Assembly (NCBI GenBank): GCA_013214525.1
Contig: JABSSG010000024.1
Location: forward strand, 44,754-108,753
Source: Rickettsiales bacterium
GTDB lineage: Bacteria > Pseudomonadota > Alphaproteobacteria > Rickettsiales > JABSSG01
DNA: 64,000 nucleotides
Direction of reading: 5' to 3'
Positions 29,585 to 39,643 of this stretch are shown here, one piece after another (the stretch's first letter is position 1; every line of letters starts with the position of its first letter). A program made the position numbers and the translations under genes. Below the pieces are notes generated by a model. The model was not told the DNA's origin and did not search any database. It saw only the letters and a program-made list of their open reading frames with translations.

Positions 29585-29680
29585 AAAATTATATTTTTTA
29601 AATTAAAAGCTTTTAATACAGTTCCAACCTGAATCCCTGTAATATATATATAAAATACAAATTAGTCAAAGCCTAGTTTA

Positions 29681-30607
29681 ATGCAAATTTTTAAAATAAG
29701 TAATTTAGAAACTCCAACTCGCCTTACCTCATGGCTAAAATCTAATTTCAGCTTAAATTATACGCTAATTCAAAAACTTATTCGCAAATCAGACATAAAG
29801 GTAAATGCACAAAAAATCTCTCAAAATTATAAATTATCTAATGGTGATATAGTTACTATTTATACAACCATAAACACACAAAAATCAATTACTCGTAAAA
29901 TTGACCCTCAATTACATTCACAGCTATTGAAACAAATAAAAAAATCAATTGTCTTTAAGGATAACAACATAATAGTGATCAATAAACCATATAACGTTGC
30001 TACTCAAGGCGGCAGCAAAATAAAAATTAGTATCGATGACATATTAAATGATCTAAAATTTGATTATACAATATCACCTAGACTAGTTCACCGACTAGAC
30101 AAACATACAACTGGATTATTAATCCTTGCACGCACAAAACAAATAGCAATTTTACTGACAAAATACTTCAAGAATAATTCAATAGAAAAAAAATACCTAG
30201 CTGTAACGATCGGAACACCTAAAAATAAAACCGGAATTATAGAATCACAAATTACAAAATTAGGGAAACAAGATTTCAAAAATGCTATCACTCATTATAA
30301 AATAACTAAATCAAACCCTAATACTAAAATGTCACTAATAGAGTTTAAACCAGTTACAGGACGCACTCATCAAATTAGAATTCATGCAGCAAAAGATTTA
30401 CAATGCCCAATAATCAGCGATACAAAATATGGGCAAAATACTATACTTGCAAAGATAGTAGAAAACAAATTGCACTTACATGCATCAGAAATCAAAATAA
30501 AAAATGTCTTAGGTAAAAATTATTCCTTAAAAGCACCTTTGCCAGCTCATATGCAATCAACCATAAAAAAATTCTTGCTAAGTTATAAAACTCAAGATAG
30601 CGTATAG
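29681..30607 (+). CDS. rluC: RluA-family 23S rRNA pseudouridine synthase (RluC/RluD-like)
   Basis: 308 aa. S4-like N-terminus, catalytic HRLDKHTTGLLILAR and TGRTHQIRIH. Confidence 0.85.
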   Translation: MQIFKISNLETPTRLTSWLKSNFSLNYTLIQKLIRKSDIKVNAQKISQNYKLSNGDIVTIYTTINTQKSITRKIDPQLHSQLLKQIKKSIVFKDNNIIVINKPYNVATQGGSKIKISIDDILNDLKFDYTISPRLVHRLDKHTTGLLILARTKQIAILLTKYFKNNSIEKKYLAVTIGTPKNKTGIIESQITKLGKQDFKNAITHYKITKSNPNTKMSLIEFKPVTGRTHQIRIHAAKDLQCPIISDTKYGQNTILAKIVENKLHLHASEIKIKNVLGKNYSLKAPLPAHMQSTIKKFLLSYKTQDSV

Positions 30608-30631
30608 TAAAATTTAAAGCAGTTTGAATAT

Positions 30632-31288
30632 ATGCTAACTGGACCAGAGGTAGTGCCAAAAAATGGCAACAAACCTAAACAACTAATTTTATTACTGCAT
30701 GGAGTAGGAGCTGACGGCAATAATTTGTTAGATATTGCCCACCAACTAAGCCCTCTTCTTCCAGACGCACATTTCATTTCTCCTAATGCCCCCAATACAT
30801 ATGACATAGCACCTATTGGCTATCAATGGTTTAGTCTTCGAGACACATCTGAAGAAGCTCTTCTAAAAGGTTTAGAAGAAGCAACACCATATTTAAATGA
30901 ATTCATAGATCAGCAACTTAAAAGATTCAATTTAACAGAAGAAAATATGGCTGTAATAGGTTTCTCACAAGGCACCATGCTAGCATTACATAGCTTCCCT
31001 CGTAGAACGCGACCAATAGCATTAATTGCAGCACTTTCTGGCACTTTAATTGCCCCTCATTTACTAAAAAAAGAATTAAAATCTAAGCCTAAAGTTCTAT
31101 TCATGTATGGAGAACAGGATCAAGTTTTACCAGCCAAATATATGAGACTTGCTTCCCAATATCTAAAAGATTTAAATTTTAATACAGAAATTCATACATA
31201 TCCAGATCTGGAACATTCTATAAACCAAGATGAAATAATTATAATTGCTGACAGATTAAAAAAAATATTTCACTCAGAATATTCTTAG
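30632..31288 (+). CDS. Alpha/beta-hydrolase, phospholipase/carboxylesterase family
   Basis: 218 aa. LLLHGVGADGNNL, nucleophile elbow GFSQGTM and late D...H (DLEHSI). Confidence 0.8.
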   Translation: MLTGPEVVPKNGNKPKQLILLLHGVGADGNNLLDIAHQLSPLLPDAHFISPNAPNTYDIAPIGYQWFSLRDTSEEALLKGLEEATPYLNEFIDQQLKRFNLTEENMAVIGFSQGTMLALHSFPRRTRPIALIAALSGTLIAPHLLKKELKSKPKVLFMYGEQDQVLPAKYMRLASQYLKDLNFNTEIHTYPDLEHSINQDEIIIIADRLKKIFHSEYS

Positions 31289-31292
31289 CTTA

Positions 31293-31456
31293 TATACTCA
31301 TAACACTTGAAGAACCCTAGTTTTAAAGACAGAAAATAGAGATGATATCAAGCTTAAAAACCCAAGAATATTGGTGATATTCGAGGCATTTTTAAGCGAA
31401 GATAGCAGTTTTATTTTCAAACTTAAAAACCGAGAGTCTTCAAGCGTTATGAGTAT
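31293..31456. repeat. Palindromic element copy E (164 bp, type-2 termini)
   Basis: Termini are TATACTCATAACACTTGAAGAACCCTAGTTTTAAAGACAGAAAATAG and AAACCGAGAGTCTTCAAGCGTTATGAGTAT. It occupies almost the whole spacer between the convergent esterase (stop 31288) and xseA (stop 31459). Confidence 0.88.
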
Positions 31457-31458
31457 CC

Positions 31459-32796
31459 CTACTGCGTTTCAGAATCAGACTTTTCAGGTGTGATGGGTGT
31501 AGTGATATTGCCATCATGCATTTCTATCACTACATTTTTAGATTCAATTATCTGTTTAACTGATTTTAGAATTTTATTATTTTTATCACGAACTAAAGCA
31601 AAACCACGTTTTAATACGTTTTTATAGTCATAAGAACAGAGTAATTTTGTAAGAGAGGTTAATTCTCTCTCTTTGCCTTCTACTAACATAGTCAAAACAT
31701 TTACATTTAAAGTCTTTTTAAAAACCTCTAATTGATTAGATAAATTATCTCGATACCTAGAAGACGATTCCATTAACCTAAAGCTAACTTCATCTAGTTT
31801 TTGCACATAATTAGCAATTACTAAAGCTAAATTAGCCATAGTGGCTTTGGTAGATACAAGAGCTGACTTCCTATTATCTAAATAATTTAGAGCAGCAAGC
31901 TCTTGCCTTCGTTTCAAATCATTAATAGCCATCATAAGCTCATTCCTAACAGGAACAGTCATTTCAGCAGCTGCTGTCGGCGTTGGAGCTCGTCTATCTG
32001 CAACATAATCAATCAAAGTAGTATCTGTTTCATGCCCTACTGCTGAAATAATTGGAATTTCAGAAGCAAATGCTGCTCTCACTACAATTTCTTCATTAAA
32101 TGCCCAAAGATCTTCAATTGATCCTCCTCCTCTAGCAACTATTAAAACATCAGGCTTTACAGAATATTTATTAAAGCCATAAATAGCCTCAGCAATCTGC
32201 TTAGCTGCCTGCTCTCCTTGAACTAGCACTGGCCAAAGCAAAATTGGCATCGGAAACCTGTCTTCAATTCTATGAATAATATCTTGTATAACCGCACCAG
32301 TCGGCGAAGTAACTACACCAACTATCTTTGGTAAAAATGGTATTTCTTTTTTATGACTAGAATCAAACAACCCTTCTTGTTGAAATTGCTTCTTTCTTTT
32401 TTCCAGCAATGCCATTAAAGCACCAATACCAGCTGGACTAGAAGAACGCACAACCATTTGATATTTAGATTGACCCGAATACGCCGTAAGCATACCTGAA
32501 CATATCATTTCTAATCCTTCTTGAGGCTTGTGTTTAATTGCACTCCATTGTCCCCTCCAGCAGACAGCTGATAATACAGCACCATTATCTTTTAATGAAA
32601 AATACACATGCCCAGATGGAGCAATTTTTAACCCTGACACTTCACCTCTAACTTTCACATATTCAAAATTATGCTCAATTGACTTTTTTATCAATGCTGA
32701 TATCTCACTTACCGTATACTCAGCTTGAGTGTTGGTGTTTATATTTTGATCGTCATTATTATATGTAGTTTGCATTATTTTTTTTATAGAAACCAT
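31459..32796 (-). CDS. xseA: Exodeoxyribonuclease VII large subunit
   Basis: 445 aa. OB-fold N-terminus (V.GEVSG......GH.YF.LKD), VGVVTSPTGA, ARGGGS.EDLW.FN and PIISAVGHETD. Confidence 0.93.
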   Translation of the reverse strand: MVSIKKIMQTTYNNDDQNINTNTQAEYTVSEISALIKKSIEHNFEYVKVRGEVSGLKIAPSGHVYFSLKDNGAVLSAVCWRGQWSAIKHKPQEGLEMICSGMLTAYSGQSKYQMVVRSSSPAGIGALMALLEKRKKQFQQEGLFDSSHKKEIPFLPKIVGVVTSPTGAVIQDIIHRIEDRFPMPILLWPVLVQGEQAAKQIAEAIYGFNKYSVKPDVLIVARGGGSIEDLWAFNEEIVVRAAFASEIPIISAVGHETDTTLIDYVADRRAPTPTAAAEMTVPVRNELMMAINDLKRRQELAALNYLDNRKSALVSTKATMANLALVIANYVQKLDEVSFRLMESSSRYRDNLSNQLEVFKKTLNVNVLTMLVEGKERELTSLTKLLCSYDYKNVLKRGFALVRDKNNKILKSVKQIIESKNVVIEMHDGNITTPITPEKSDSETQ

Positions 32797-32809
32797 TTGT
32801 TGAGGTTAT

Positions 32810-32995
32810 TATACTAATCGTACTTGAAGAATCCTAATTTTAAAGACAGAAAATGGAATTAATATCAAGTTTAAAAATTCACAAATATCATTGATATTTA
32901 AGACATTTTTAAATGAACATAATAATTTTACTTTCAAACCCCTGTCTTCACATGGGCATGCTTAAAAACCGGAGGTTTCAGGTATAATTAGTATA
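32810..32995. repeat. Palindromic element copy F (186 bp, longest variant)
   Basis: Same termini and central module as copy B, plus a decayed hairpin module (CCCCTGTCTTCACATGGGCATGCTTAAAAACCGGAGG). Confidence 0.9.
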
Positions 32996-33035
32996 ACATA
33001 TCTAATAATTAAATTGCTTATTTTAAATTATTGAA

Positions 33036-33104
33036 TATACTAATCGTACTTGAAGAGTCTGGTTTTTAAGAAAGAAAATGGAGACTTCAGGTATAATTAG
33101 TATA
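33036..33104. repeat. Palindromic element copy G (69-bp minimal variant)
   Basis: TATACTAATCGTACTTGAAGAGTCTGGTTTTTAAGAAAGAAAATGGAGACTTCAGGTATAATTAGTATA has both termini intact with the interior collapsed. Confidence 0.88.
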
Positions 33105-33172
33105 TCATCAGTTACTCCTATAAAAATATACCAATTATACTAAAACTAGTATATACAAAAAATAAAATCTCT

Positions 33173-34576
33173 ATGGCATTTAATCTAAATTCTGTAATCT
33201 TATCTGGCAAAGAAGTTTATCCCATCATTGAGGGGGGGAAAGGCATTGGTGCAAGCTCTGGAGCATCTGCAGGTGCTTTTGCTGCAGCAGGAGCTGTTGG
33301 AACATTTTCAGGAGCAAATGCTTTTAGCTATGATAGTCAAGGTAATATTAGTCCTCTAGTTTACATTGGCAAAACTAGAAGAGATAGACATGAAGAATTA
33401 GTAAAAAATGCTATTGAAGGAGGAATTGCCCAAGCAAAAATTGCTTGGGATATCTGCAAGGGCAAAGCACCTATACATGTAAATGTATTATGGGAAATGG
33501 GAGGGGCCCAAAGAGTACTTGAAGGAATTTTAGAAAAAACAAAAGGGTTAATAAATGGCATAACTTGCGGAGCTGGCATGCCCTACAGATTAGGGGAAAT
33601 AGCATCTAAATATAAAGTTTATTATTACCCTATAATATCTTCTGCACGAGCATTTAGAGCATTATGGAAAAGAGCATATAGTAAATACTCAGAATTACTT
33701 GGAGGAGTGGTATATGAAGATCCATGGAAAGCTGGCGGACATAACGGCTTATCAAATAAAGAAGATCCAACTATGCCTGAAAATCCATATCATCGCGTAG
33801 CTGAAATAAGAAAATTCATGAACGAAGTTGGTTTGCAGAATATTCCAATAATTATGGCTGGAGGTGTTTGGCATCTGAAAGAATGGGAGAATTGGTTAAA
33901 TAACAAAGAAATAGGCAAAATAGCTTTTCAATTCGGGACAAGACCTGTTGTTACAAAAGAAAGCCCTGTGCCAGAAGAATGGAAAATAAAACTATTAAAT
34001 TTACAAGAAGGTGATGTTTTTCTAAATAGATTTAGCCCAACAGGATTTTATTCATCCGCAGTTAAAAATAACTTTATTAAAGAACTAGAAGGACGCTCTA
34101 ATAGACAAGTAAGCTATTGCAATGAACAACCAAATGATACTTATAACAAATTTGATATAGGCAAGGCTAGATCACGTATTGTATATGTATTAAAGGAAGA
34201 CCTTCAAAAAATTAAACTTTGGGAAACACAAGGTTTTGATTATCCCTTAATTACACCAGATAATACTTTAATTTTTGTCACAAAAGATAAAGCTAAACAA
34301 ATAAGACAAGATTGCATAGATTGCATGGGATGTCTAAGTGGATGTAAATTTAGTAACTGGATGGATAGTAAAAACTATACAACAGGAAAATTACCTGATC
34401 CAAGATCATTTTGTATTCAAAAAACATTACAAAATATAATGCGAAAAGGCAATGTTGAAAATGAACTTATGTTCTCTGGCCATAATGCCTATAGGTTTGC
34501 AACAGATCCTTTTTATAAAAATAACTTCATCCCTACTATTAAACAATTAATAGATAGAATCTTACTTGGAGAATAA
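33173..34576 (+). CDS. Nitronate monooxygenase (2-nitropropane dioxygenase) family FMN oxidoreductase, long form with Cys-rich C-terminal extension
   Basis: 467 aa. PIIEGGKGIG, ITCGAGMP, EDPWKAGGHNG and IIMAGGV fit the NMO TIM-barrel. The C-terminal part carries CIDCMGCLSGCKF. Confidence 0.75.
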   Translation: MAFNLNSVILSGKEVYPIIEGGKGIGASSGASAGAFAAAGAVGTFSGANAFSYDSQGNISPLVYIGKTRRDRHEELVKNAIEGGIAQAKIAWDICKGKAPIHVNVLWEMGGAQRVLEGILEKTKGLINGITCGAGMPYRLGEIASKYKVYYYPIISSARAFRALWKRAYSKYSELLGGVVYEDPWKAGGHNGLSNKEDPTMPENPYHRVAEIRKFMNEVGLQNIPIIMAGGVWHLKEWENWLNNKEIGKIAFQFGTRPVVTKESPVPEEWKIKLLNLQEGDVFLNRFSPTGFYSSAVKNNFIKELEGRSNRQVSYCNEQPNDTYNKFDIGKARSRIVYVLKEDLQKIKLWETQGFDYPLITPDNTLIFVTKDKAKQIRQDCIDCMGCLSGCKFSNWMDSKNYTTGKLPDPRSFCIQKTLQNIMRKGNVENELMFSGHNAYRFATDPFYKNNFIPTIKQLIDRILLGE

Positions 34577-34578
34577 TT

Positions 34579-35811
34579 ATGCCTTCTGTAATCCGCCAAT
34601 ATTTCTCTCTAAATGATCCAATAACCACTCAAGACAAGCAAACTATAAATCTAGCTGCAAAAAAATTACTTAATAACCCTGAAGAGCCATGGATTAAAGA
34701 AATTTTTCAGCCTAAAGTAAACACACAATATTTAGAATCTATTGCAAAAGAATTACTATTGGGGTGTAAACATTTAGTTATAATAGGCACTGGAGCTTCC
34801 AATAATATTCCCAAAACATTATTTTCTCTTACCACATATGATAAAAATCTTCAGATATATTTCCTTGAAGATACAGATGAATTCAAATTTGAAAATGTAA
34901 TATCAAAACTTGATCCCGCTTCAACACGTTTTCTTGTAATTAGCAAATCTGGACGAACTTTAGAGATCCTTACCCTAACTTTACTATGCTTGAAATGGAT
35001 ACAAAAAAAAATTCCAATGATAAGACTAAATAAAATATTTTATTTTGTAACCTCATCTAAAGAAAATAATAATCATCTATTACAAATAGCAAATAAATAT
35101 AAAGCTACAATAATAGAACACCCTTCTTTAAATGGACGCTTTTCATTTTTTAGTTCTGTAGGACTCTTACCTGCTGCAATAGCTGGACTTGATTTAAATT
35201 TAATTTTAAGACATGCATCTTGGTGCATTAATACAATCTTTAAAGAATCTTCATGGATTCTCGACTACGCTACCTACTTCACTACCATGTCTAAAAAATA
35301 TCATAACGCCGTTCTAATGACATATAGTAATATATTTCATAGTATAGCTATTTATTCAAGACAATTAATCTCAGAGAGCTTGGGAAAAAAAGGCATCGGA
35401 ATAAATCCTGTTATTTTTGAAGGAAATATTGATCAGCATAGCCAACTACAATCTTATTTAGATGGATTACCAGATAAATTTTTTACAATATTAATGCCGG
35501 CTGCTTATACCACACGTCATGATCATATAACAATTACTAACACTGAAATTTCAGAACTTACCCACTTAAAAAACAAAACTCTCTTAGATATAAACAAATT
35601 ACAAATAAAATCGGTTATCAATCTTCTCGAAAAAAAAGCTAAGAATCTTAGGATAATTGAAGTCAAGAAATTTAACGAGGTATCCTTAACTGAAATCATT
35701 ATTTGCTTTATAATTGAAACTATTTTATATGCAAAATTAAACAAAATTGATCCATTTACCCAAGAAGCAATTGAAACTATGAAAAATACTGTAACAAAGA
35801 TTGCCATTTAA
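34579..35811 (+). CDS. pgi: Glucose-6-phosphate isomerase-like SIS protein (short bacterial/archaeal PGI type)
   Basis: 410 aa. IIGTGASNN, VISKSGRTLE, GRFSFFSSVGLLPAAIAG, ESLGKKG and DQHSQLQ follow PGI motif order. Starts 2 nt after the NMO stop. Confidence 0.75.
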   Translation: MPSVIRQYFSLNDPITTQDKQTINLAAKKLLNNPEEPWIKEIFQPKVNTQYLESIAKELLLGCKHLVIIGTGASNNIPKTLFSLTTYDKNLQIYFLEDTDEFKFENVISKLDPASTRFLVISKSGRTLEILTLTLLCLKWIQKKIPMIRLNKIFYFVTSSKENNNHLLQIANKYKATIIEHPSLNGRFSFFSSVGLLPAAIAGLDLNLILRHASWCINTIFKESSWILDYATYFTTMSKKYHNAVLMTYSNIFHSIAIYSRQLISESLGKKGIGINPVIFEGNIDQHSQLQSYLDGLPDKFFTILMPAAYTTRHDHITITNTEISELTHLKNKTLLDINKLQIKSVINLLEKKAKNLRIIEVKKFNEVSLTEIIICFIIETILYAKLNKIDPFTQEAIETMKNTVTKIAI

Positions 35812-35823
35812 TCACTTATCACC

Positions 35824-36717
35824 ATGAAGGTATCATCTCTGGATATTACTAAATTTAAAGGCATATCTTGGTTCATTTCAAGCTTAATTATAGGAATCAC
35901 AAATGACGTTATAATGAAGTTTTTGGGAGGAAACCTTCCCGTTTATGAAGTTGTCTTTCTAAGATTTCTTTTTGGCACATTAGTACTAATACCATTTTTA
36001 TTTTTCAACAGAAAAAATTCTAAAACACCTAAAATACTTCTACATATAATCCGAGGAGGAATATTATTTTTTGCTATAGCAGCATGGTGCATAGGTATCA
36101 ACTCAGGAAAACTAGCCGTCGCTACAACAATTAACTTTACTATCCCTATTTTTGTCTTAATACTTGCTACTAAATTTTTAGGAGAAAAATTTACAATCAC
36201 AAAAATATTAGCTACAATTATAGGATTTATTGGCATCATTATAATTGTAAATCCAGCCTCCAGCGACTTCACTATAACTTCCTTAATGTTAGTTGTAAGT
36301 GCCTTTCTATTTGCATCACTTGATGTAATTAATAAGAAATTTACATCAAGTGAATCACTGTTAAGCATGCTTTTTTATTCAAATTTATTTGCACTGTTAT
36401 TTAGTACTATTCCAGGTGTTTATCATTGGGTTACCCCAGACCTAAAAACCCTTATGCTCCTATGCATATTAGGCACTGGTGCAAATTTTATTTTATATTG
36501 TTTACTAAAATCTTTCTCTTACATAGATGTATCTGCTGCCTCTCCATACAGATATCTAGAATTAATATTTTCAATTTCTCTTGGTTATATGTTTTTCAAA
36601 GAAAAATTTGATATAACAAATTGGACAGGTGCTACTGTAATAATTATATCAACAATTATAATGTCATACGAATATTTATTTGTGAAACATCTTAAAAAAT
36701 CCTCTCAACCTCAATAA
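35824..36717 (+). CDS. EamA/DMT-superfamily transporter
   Basis: 297 aa, ten predicted TM helices in two EamA repeats. Substrate is not inferable from sequence (the Rickettsia SAM importer belongs to this superfamily). Confidence 0.8.
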   Translation: MKVSSLDITKFKGISWFISSLIIGITNDVIMKFLGGNLPVYEVVFLRFLFGTLVLIPFLFFNRKNSKTPKILLHIIRGGILFFAIAAWCIGINSGKLAVATTINFTIPIFVLILATKFLGEKFTITKILATIIGFIGIIIIVNPASSDFTITSLMLVVSAFLFASLDVINKKFTSSESLLSMLFYSNLFALLFSTIPGVYHWVTPDLKTLMLLCILGTGANFILYCLLKSFSYIDVSAASPYRYLELIFSISLGYMFFKEKFDITNWTGATVIIISTIIMSYEYLFVKHLKKSSQPQ

Positions 36718-36736
36718 CAGGTTAGGGTTTTTAATC

Positions 36737-36899
36737 TATACTCATCGTGCTTAAAAAGCCCTAGATTTTAAGAAAGAAAATTAAGTTAGTATCAAGTATA
36801 AAAATCCGAGAATATTGAACATATTCAAGGCATTTTTATACGAAGATAATAATTAAATTTTCAAAATTAAAAATAGGGATCTTCAAGTACGATGAGTAT
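36737..36899. repeat. Palindromic element copy H (163 bp, type-2 termini)
   Basis: Termini are TATACTCATCGTGCTTAAAAAGCCCTAGATTTTAAGAAAGAAAAT and AAATAGGGATCTTCAAGTACGATGAGTAT. Confidence 0.85.
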
Positions 36900-36912
36900 C
36901 GTATTGAAGCTC

Positions 36913-37497
36913 CTAAATTCGTTTAGATATATTTGAAGATTTATGATAGCCTTTATAAGGAGGAGGTGTAGGGCGAGTAACAACCTTCTTTGAGCTTACT
37001 CGTTTCACATAATTTTCTATTTCATCTTTCAATTTTTGAGGCACTTGTCTATTTTGAGAAAGATAAGCTTGTCTTTTTTTATATAACTCAATCAAAGCAA
37101 CATCTGCAAATCTACGCTTTAAATTCTTTTGTTCTTGTTTATTTAATTGATCTGTCACAGATATAAACTCCTTTGAATATTTATCAAAATTAGCAGCTAA
37201 ATTTTTACCTAACATCTCCATAACCATTTCCTTATCGCTACTTCCTTTCATTTTTTTCAATAAAATTATTATAGTTTTTATTTCATTGTAAATTGCTAAT
37301 TTAGCGTCTTCACTCATATTTTCAAAATTTAGAAACTCCTCTTCTCTACCTGCAAATAATTTTGCTATATCTTCAAAAAGAGCTACCATATCTTCTTCTA
37401 TAAATTCAGACTCATGTTGCATAGATAATTCATCAAGAATATTACTAACTTTATTTTTAATAAGATTCTTCTTTTCTGGTTTAAAATTATTTTGCAT
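36913..37497 (-). CDS. Hypothetical helical protein with basic, proline-containing C-terminal tail
   Basis: 194 aa, acidic N-half, ends KRVSSKKVVTRPTPPPYKGYHKSSNISKRI. No family recognised. Confidence 0.5.
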   Translation of the reverse strand: MQNNFKPEKKNLIKNKVSNILDELSMQHESEFIEEDMVALFEDIAKLFAGREEEFLNFENMSEDAKLAIYNEIKTIIILLKKMKGSSDKEMVMEMLGKNLAANFDKYSKEFISVTDQLNKQEQKNLKRRFADVALIELYKKRQAYLSQNRQVPQKLKDEIENYVKRVSSKKVVTRPTPPPYKGYHKSSNISKRI

Positions 37498-37569
37498 ATA
37501 ACTCTTCTATATTAGTAACTTTAATTATAAGCAAATAAAGTTAATCATTTATTAAACGCTCTGAGGAAA

Positions 37570-39369
37570 CTATTCTAACGTTTTTAAAATATCTCTAACT
37601 ATCATAGGTGGGTATCTCCACCCTCCTACTCTTTTCATTGGAGAATAATTGTCATTACCTAACCACACACCAACTACATACTTATCACTAAAACCAATAA
37701 ACCAAGCATCCCTGTAATCCTGTGAGGTACCCGTCTTACCACTTATTTTTAAATCTTCAAGAAACGCATTACGACCAGAACCTTGTGTAACACAACTTCT
37801 AAGAAGCACTTGCATATCCTGAGCAACCTCTCTTGTTACTGCCTGTAATTCTTGTTGACGTGGTTTTAAATATAATAATGTTCCAGTATTAGAATTTTTT
37901 ATAGATTCCACAGAATATGGTTCAGAAAAAAGACCATCATTTGCTATAGCAGCATAAGATGATGTGATCTCTAACAAATTAACAGAAACTGACCCCAAAG
38001 CTATAGATAGATTATGCTCTATATTAGAATTAATTCCCATTCTATGAGCTAAATCTATTACATTCCCCACACCAACCTCGTGTGTTACTTGTACTGCCAC
38101 AGTATTAATCGATTTAGCAAATGCCTCTTCCATTGTTATCTCTCCATAATATTTGTCTGAATAGTAGTTTGTAGGAGACCACGATCCAAAGGTAATAGGT
38201 TTATCCTCCAATATTGTATCTATTGAATAACCATGTTCTAGTGCTGATGTATAAACAAAAATTTTAAATATAGATCCTGCAGGACGAAAGGCTTGTATTG
38301 CACGATTAAATGGGCTTTTTAAAAAATTCGTTCCTCCAACTAACGCAAGTATTTTACCATAAGGAGTCATCACAACTACTGCACCTTGTGAAATTTTCTT
38401 TTCTTCACCATATTTATTGATATATTTATTTAAAATCCTTTGTGCAACATTCTGTATATGCCTATCTAAAGTAGTTCTAACTGTAATATCTACATCGCCA
38501 ACCTCTATATATTGACCTATATTTTCATTTATCCAACTTGAAAAATAACCAAATTTCCTTGATCCAAGCAAAGACGTATTAAGTTTTACATATTTTTCAG
38601 TATCATCAAGTTCATCCCTAGTTATATAACCATTTTTAAACATACTTAACAAAACTTGATATGCTCTTTGCCCAGACAGCTCTGGATTACTAATAGGAGA
38701 AAATCTGGAAGGAGCCTTAGGCAACCCAGCAATTATCGCACATTCATAAAGACTTAACTCCTGTACATTTTTTCCAAAATAATATTTAGCAGCAGCATCA
38801 ATACCATACATCCCTGCTCCTAAATATACTTTATTCAAATAGATTGATAATATTTGCTCTTTGGTATATTTATTTTCTAACTCTAATGATAATAATGCTT
38901 CTTGTATTTTTCTTTTTATAGTTTTTTTAGGATGCAAGAGAGTTATCTTTGCTAATTGTTGGGTAATTGTGCTTCCACCTTGAACTACATAACCAGCTTT
39001 AAAATTTGCAATAGCTGCTCTCAAGATGCCTATCACATCAACGCCCGGATGGTCAAAAAACTTTCTGTCTTCAATAGAAATAATTGCATTGATAAGATTT
39101 TTAGGAATCTCTGAATATGGAATATAATAACCATATATATTACCATATGTAGAAACGGCTTGTCCGTTATTATCTAATATAATAATTTTCCTTCCTTTCC
39201 TAGGCTCTTCTAGCTTATCTATATTTGGCAAATCATGAGTCACATACAATATATAACCAATCAGAATAGTGCTTATCCAAGTCCCCATTATTAACAAAGT
39301 TTTTAATAATCGAATAAAATTTAACTTAGAAAACCGCCACTTAGATAATTTATGCCATGAATTTTTCAT
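37570..39369 (-). CDS. mrcA: Class A penicillin-binding protein (PBP1A-type glycosyltransferase/transpeptidase)
   Basis: 599 aa. GT51 motifs EDRKFFDHPGVD and GGSTITQQL; transpeptidase motifs GSIFK (SxxK), SINT (SxN) and KTGTS. Confidence 0.92.
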   Translation of the reverse strand: MKNSWHKLSKWRFSKLNFIRLLKTLLIMGTWISTILIGYILYVTHDLPNIDKLEEPRKGRKIIILDNNGQAVSTYGNIYGYYIPYSEIPKNLINAIISIEDRKFFDHPGVDVIGILRAAIANFKAGYVVQGGSTITQQLAKITLLHPKKTIKRKIQEALLSLELENKYTKEQILSIYLNKVYLGAGMYGIDAAAKYYFGKNVQELSLYECAIIAGLPKAPSRFSPISNPELSGQRAYQVLLSMFKNGYITRDELDDTEKYVKLNTSLLGSRKFGYFSSWINENIGQYIEVGDVDITVRTTLDRHIQNVAQRILNKYINKYGEEKKISQGAVVVMTPYGKILALVGGTNFLKSPFNRAIQAFRPAGSIFKIFVYTSALEHGYSIDTILEDKPITFGSWSPTNYYSDKYYGEITMEEAFAKSINTVAVQVTHEVGVGNVIDLAHRMGINSNIEHNLSIALGSVSVNLLEITSSYAAIANDGLFSEPYSVESIKNSNTGTLLYLKPRQQELQAVTREVAQDMQVLLRSCVTQGSGRNAFLEDLKISGKTGTSQDYRDAWFIGFSDKYVVGVWLGNDNYSPMKRVGGWRYPPMIVRDILKTLE

Positions 39370-39643
39370 TCAACTAAAATATTTTTTAATTCATAACTGA
39401 GTTTTAAAGTACCACGAGTATAATTACCTCTTATGTTACTTATAGCTCAAGAAAATATTTTATACAATCGAATTCAAAGAATGTGCAACACATTAATCTT
39501 AATAGTTTTTTTATTTATTTATTTTTCGAACTTACAATTGAGATGTTATGCCAAGTTTGCTACCTTAGGAATGTATTGTCTTTCTAACCCTTTAGATAAA
39601 AGACAAGTATTTATAAACTTAATAAATCATATAAATACATAAA

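Noticed and set aside
39433..39642. 69-aa ORF immediately upstream of virB8, a possible small T4SS component such as a VirB7-like lipoprotein.
   Set aside because: It has no signal peptide or lipobox, and its composition is not lipoprotein-like. It lies in the divergent promoter region between PBP1A and virB8, and no RBS is evident. I treat it as non-coding.
39370..39643. CtrA-type (TTAA-N7-TTAA) or DnaA-box motifs in promoter regions, for example upstream of virB8 and in other spacers.
   Set aside because: TTAA-rich strings are abundant by chance at this base composition. I saw no instance with correct spacing plus conservation that stands above background, so no call is made.
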